From assembly GCA_026025795.1 (NCBI GenBank), contig JAPEUG010000031.1, positions 61,044 through 81,043 of the forward strand: a DNA stretch of 20,000 bases, read 5' to 3'. The DNA is from Thelocarpon superellum. Taxonomy: Eukaryota. The notes under the pieces were generated by a model. That model searched no databases, was not told where the DNA came from, and worked only from the letters and a program-made list of their open reading frames with translations. A program made the position numbers and the translations under genes. Positions within the stretch are counted from its first letter, which is position 1. Each line of letters opens with the position of its first letter. This document shows positions 16,896 through 20,000 of the stretch, one piece after another.

Positions 16896-19800
16896 GTTGG
16901 GCGAGGAGGAGAACGGAGCCAGACCGCAAAGGGAGCTACTTTGGCGGTGTCGCAGGTTTTTTGCGCAGCTCCCGATGCTCCTGCTACATGCGATGAATAA
17001 CCGGCTGGAGTTGCTCCGCGTCCTCCAGAGGTGCCAAGATTCCAGTCCTCGTATGGTATGACACCAGTGCTTGTGCTACTGGTCCCGCCGTCAGTGGCAA
17101 GTGATTCGTCACAGGCTCCGAAGTATCATCGGAGGGTAGCACTGAGTTTTTCCATTGGATTCGACGACACGCGGACGAATGGGTCAGAACGCTCCGTACC
17201 TGTGCCGGGTACGGGTGCCGGGGAGGTCCATTGGATTAGCTGGCCTTTGAGCGCGTCACGATCAGGTGCCATCTGAACGGGGACGGCGGCCGTGGTCAAT
17301 CTGACGATTGACTTCCTTTGGACGGGCGAAGGATGCGTGTGGTTGCTGTGGTAGCTATTGTTACTGTCGTCATGATCACAATCGATCCGCGACTTGACTC
17401 GGCACAGCAAGGAAGACAGTCGATCTATTCTTAGATCCTGCACAGGCCTAGATTGGATTAAAGAGCTCAGCTTAGTTTGTTCGCCGCCTTTCCGTCCATC
17501 TGTTTGTCGGTCTGTGCGCAGCCTCCCCAGGTATGATGTGCAAGCTACTAGTCGAAGTGGGCGAGAAGAGTATAGGCTTGTGTTGGAGCAGCGAGCGTGG
17601 TGTGCGGTATGCGAGGATGAGCGAGTGAGTGTGCGTGATGCGGCTTTTTGATTTCCATGCGGTCTGCCGACTACTCTGGCTGTAGGGTTGCGAAGAGCAA
17701 CGCTCGTACTCGTGGTTAGTATTCAGCCCAAGCAACGCTCATCAAGGACTACTTACGTTTACTTTTCCTCCATGGTTGTTTAATTGCCCGGGCTCAAATC
17801 CTCTATCCAGAGGCGGCTTGGCTCACGGTCTCGTGACGACCGCAGACCATACCGTATATCCCTCTCGGCAGTCATATCCCTTGGATGCGAGGACGTGGTA
17901 GAGTAAATAAAGCAAGCGGTAGACGAGCGAGGACCTCCCCACGTTGCTAAGAACTGTCTCGACATTCCCCTTCAAGCGTCCACGTTTGTCCGTTAAATGG
18001 CATTTAGCAGTCCCCTTTGAGCGATTCCCACTCGGCGTTCACGTTCAGCGTTCCTTGACAGTGTGGGTCCGGTGCTCGTAGCAACAGCAAGGATAGCGCT
18101 TGTAAGTCTCTCAACGGCGGTACGAAGTGCCTCTCGTACTGTGCGTACGATACACACCACCACTCCGTCCCACGCGAAACCCTCGGCAGTGAACTGGTTA
18201 CGGCATTTTACTCTTTCCGGCTCTCATGCCTTTTTGCCTTGTTTCACCAGCTCAAGCGATCCGTTCCTTCGCTACCACGACTGGGGGGGGGTGGGACGGA
18301 GGAGGATGGAATGCCTCGTCTTTCCTGTTCTTTCCTGGCCGTGTTCGCCTCCGGTGTGGACGGCCACCGATTCGACTTGATATCACATGCGTTGCGCAAT
18401 GGACTCATCCCGAGATACGATTGACTAAGTACCTTGCAGTGCAGGTGGGATTGGCAGCAACCCGCCAGGAACAATACCGACGATTGATGGTTCACAGCTG
18501 GCTACAACAAAAGAAAGGTAGGAAGGCGGGAGGGAAGGAGGAGCCAGAAGGTCGTGGGCGGACGGGATGGTTGTCGATGCGGGTGACGGTGGTGGTGGTA
18601 GGATGAGCTGTACACGACACGAATCACGAGATGCCAAATGTAGCATCAGACACGGATACACCCGATCTTATAGAGATGTGCCACCTTGTCGTGTACCACC
18701 GTCTTGTGCAAGTATGGTAAGCTAGTTGCATGTACATTGGGTCCTGGATGCCCGATTTCGAACGTCAAGGTCTCATTCGTCTACGGCACGAATGGCCCAC
18801 TTGTCCCGGGTCCTTTACCAACGAACTGTACAGGACAGATCCGAGGGCCAGGAGGGAGGGACAAAGCTCTATGACGTTCCCGAGCGAGAAAAACGTAAAG
18901 GATGAAAGAAAGGTATCCGTTTTGTCTCGGATTTCTTCTATTCGTTGGGACCGCATCTCCATCTTGCGCCTCGACGTGTCTCGGGAACTATGAAACATAA
19001 TGAATGTATGTAACTTGCCTCGTGGCACGATAGCTGTACTGTGATATGATAGTCGTGGGGTGTGGTGTCGGAGACTTTGTCCCACGTGTGACACCCCCAT
19101 CCATCCGTCTATCGGGATTGGAGGTGATGCTGAGGACGACGAGTCAAGCAGGCGCTTCATGTTCGTTCATGAGAAAGAAAAACATCAATCATCAATTCAG
19201 GAGGCAACCTGACACTCGTCACGTTCACTTCATTCTCATTTCTGAAAGAATCACACCTTCCGTGTGGCGGTACACAAACCACGATCCGTCGGTTTGTTTG
19301 GTAGGTGCAAGTCGAAGCGGATATCGAAAAATCGGAATAAATAATTGAATAGAGTATTCGAAATATCCAATCCAGTCCCGCCTAACCCTACCCCGCCGAG
19401 TTGCCAGTCCACCGATCCAGAGTCAAGATCCCTACGAGATATGATCGTCGTATCAAGAATCGGTTGTGGCGGTCCCACAGAAGTATGGCTGGGACATGGC
19501 AGGATCCACGATGCAACCTCACGACCGGCCGGTCAATCGCGCATGAACCCGCACCAAAAAATGCTGATTTGATCGCGTACACTCCGATCCCTTGAGGATA
19601 TAACAACCTGAGATGGCGTAGCTTCGGCTCACGGTGTAGATCCGCTCAGCTCTGATCCGACTGTACCCATAGAACATATTCAGCGTCCCCGGCGATCTAC
19701 GGCGATCCTCCACTTTGATGTACTCTTTGATCACCGGGTCGTTTGCCGCACCACAACCGTTTGTTGTCGATATGTAGAAGTGAATTTCTATAATGAGTTC

Positions 19801-20000
19801 TAGACCCCTGGGTTGAAAGAATGCTCTCCGCAAAAGAGTCTCCGCCCGAACGCATCCCTTTCGCGAACGGCCGGGGGGAAATGGGAGAGAAGCGAATAAA
19901 ACGATGTGGAGTGCAGGAAGGATGGCGACGAAGACGCGGGTGATGCAGGGACGTTCCCGGCTACCTCTCCCCGACGTCGTAGTATCCAGCATACTCGTGC

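Noticed and set aside
7766..17713. GTACTCGT repeats as a CRISPR-like array or transposon ends
   Set aside because: The repeats are only 8-13 bp, irregularly spaced over 10 kb and in both orientations, with no cas or transposase ORF and no target-site duplications, in a eukaryotic context.
19381..19390. CCTAACCCTA telomere-like sequence
   Set aside because: It is under two repeat units, which is expected by chance.

Overview
GC-rich eukaryotic DNA, almost certainly from a filamentous ascomycete (Pezizomycotina-type short GT-AG introns with CTRAC/CTAAT branch sites, and fungal gene families). Six genes can be modelled by hand. Five lie in tandem on the minus strand: a 3-exon MDR-family zinc-independent enoyl reductase-like oxidoreductase (1389-2674), an intronless orphan secreted protein (3508-4056), a 2-exon secreted DUF3455 protein (6375-7130), a 4-exon propionyl-/short-chain acyl-CoA synthetase ending in the peroxisomal signal AKL (8360-10617), and a small stand-alone SET-domain protein (11043-11723). 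Divergent from these, on the plus strand, is a 2-exon Ccg-6/Ccw12-like GPI cell-wall protein (14497-15033). A possible seventh gene starts at 303 and runs off the left edge. I found no rRNA, tRNA, CRISPR, transposon or secondary-metabolite backbone gene, and no convincing new multi-gene system. The best signals not explained by the gene models are non-coding: a dispersed GTACTCGT/ACGAGTAC motif seen only between genes, a FarA/FarB-type plus double CreA-type module upstream of the acyl-CoA synthetase, and a double-STRE palindrome with short tandem repeats upstream of the cell-wall gene. All family calls come from motif recognition, not database searches.
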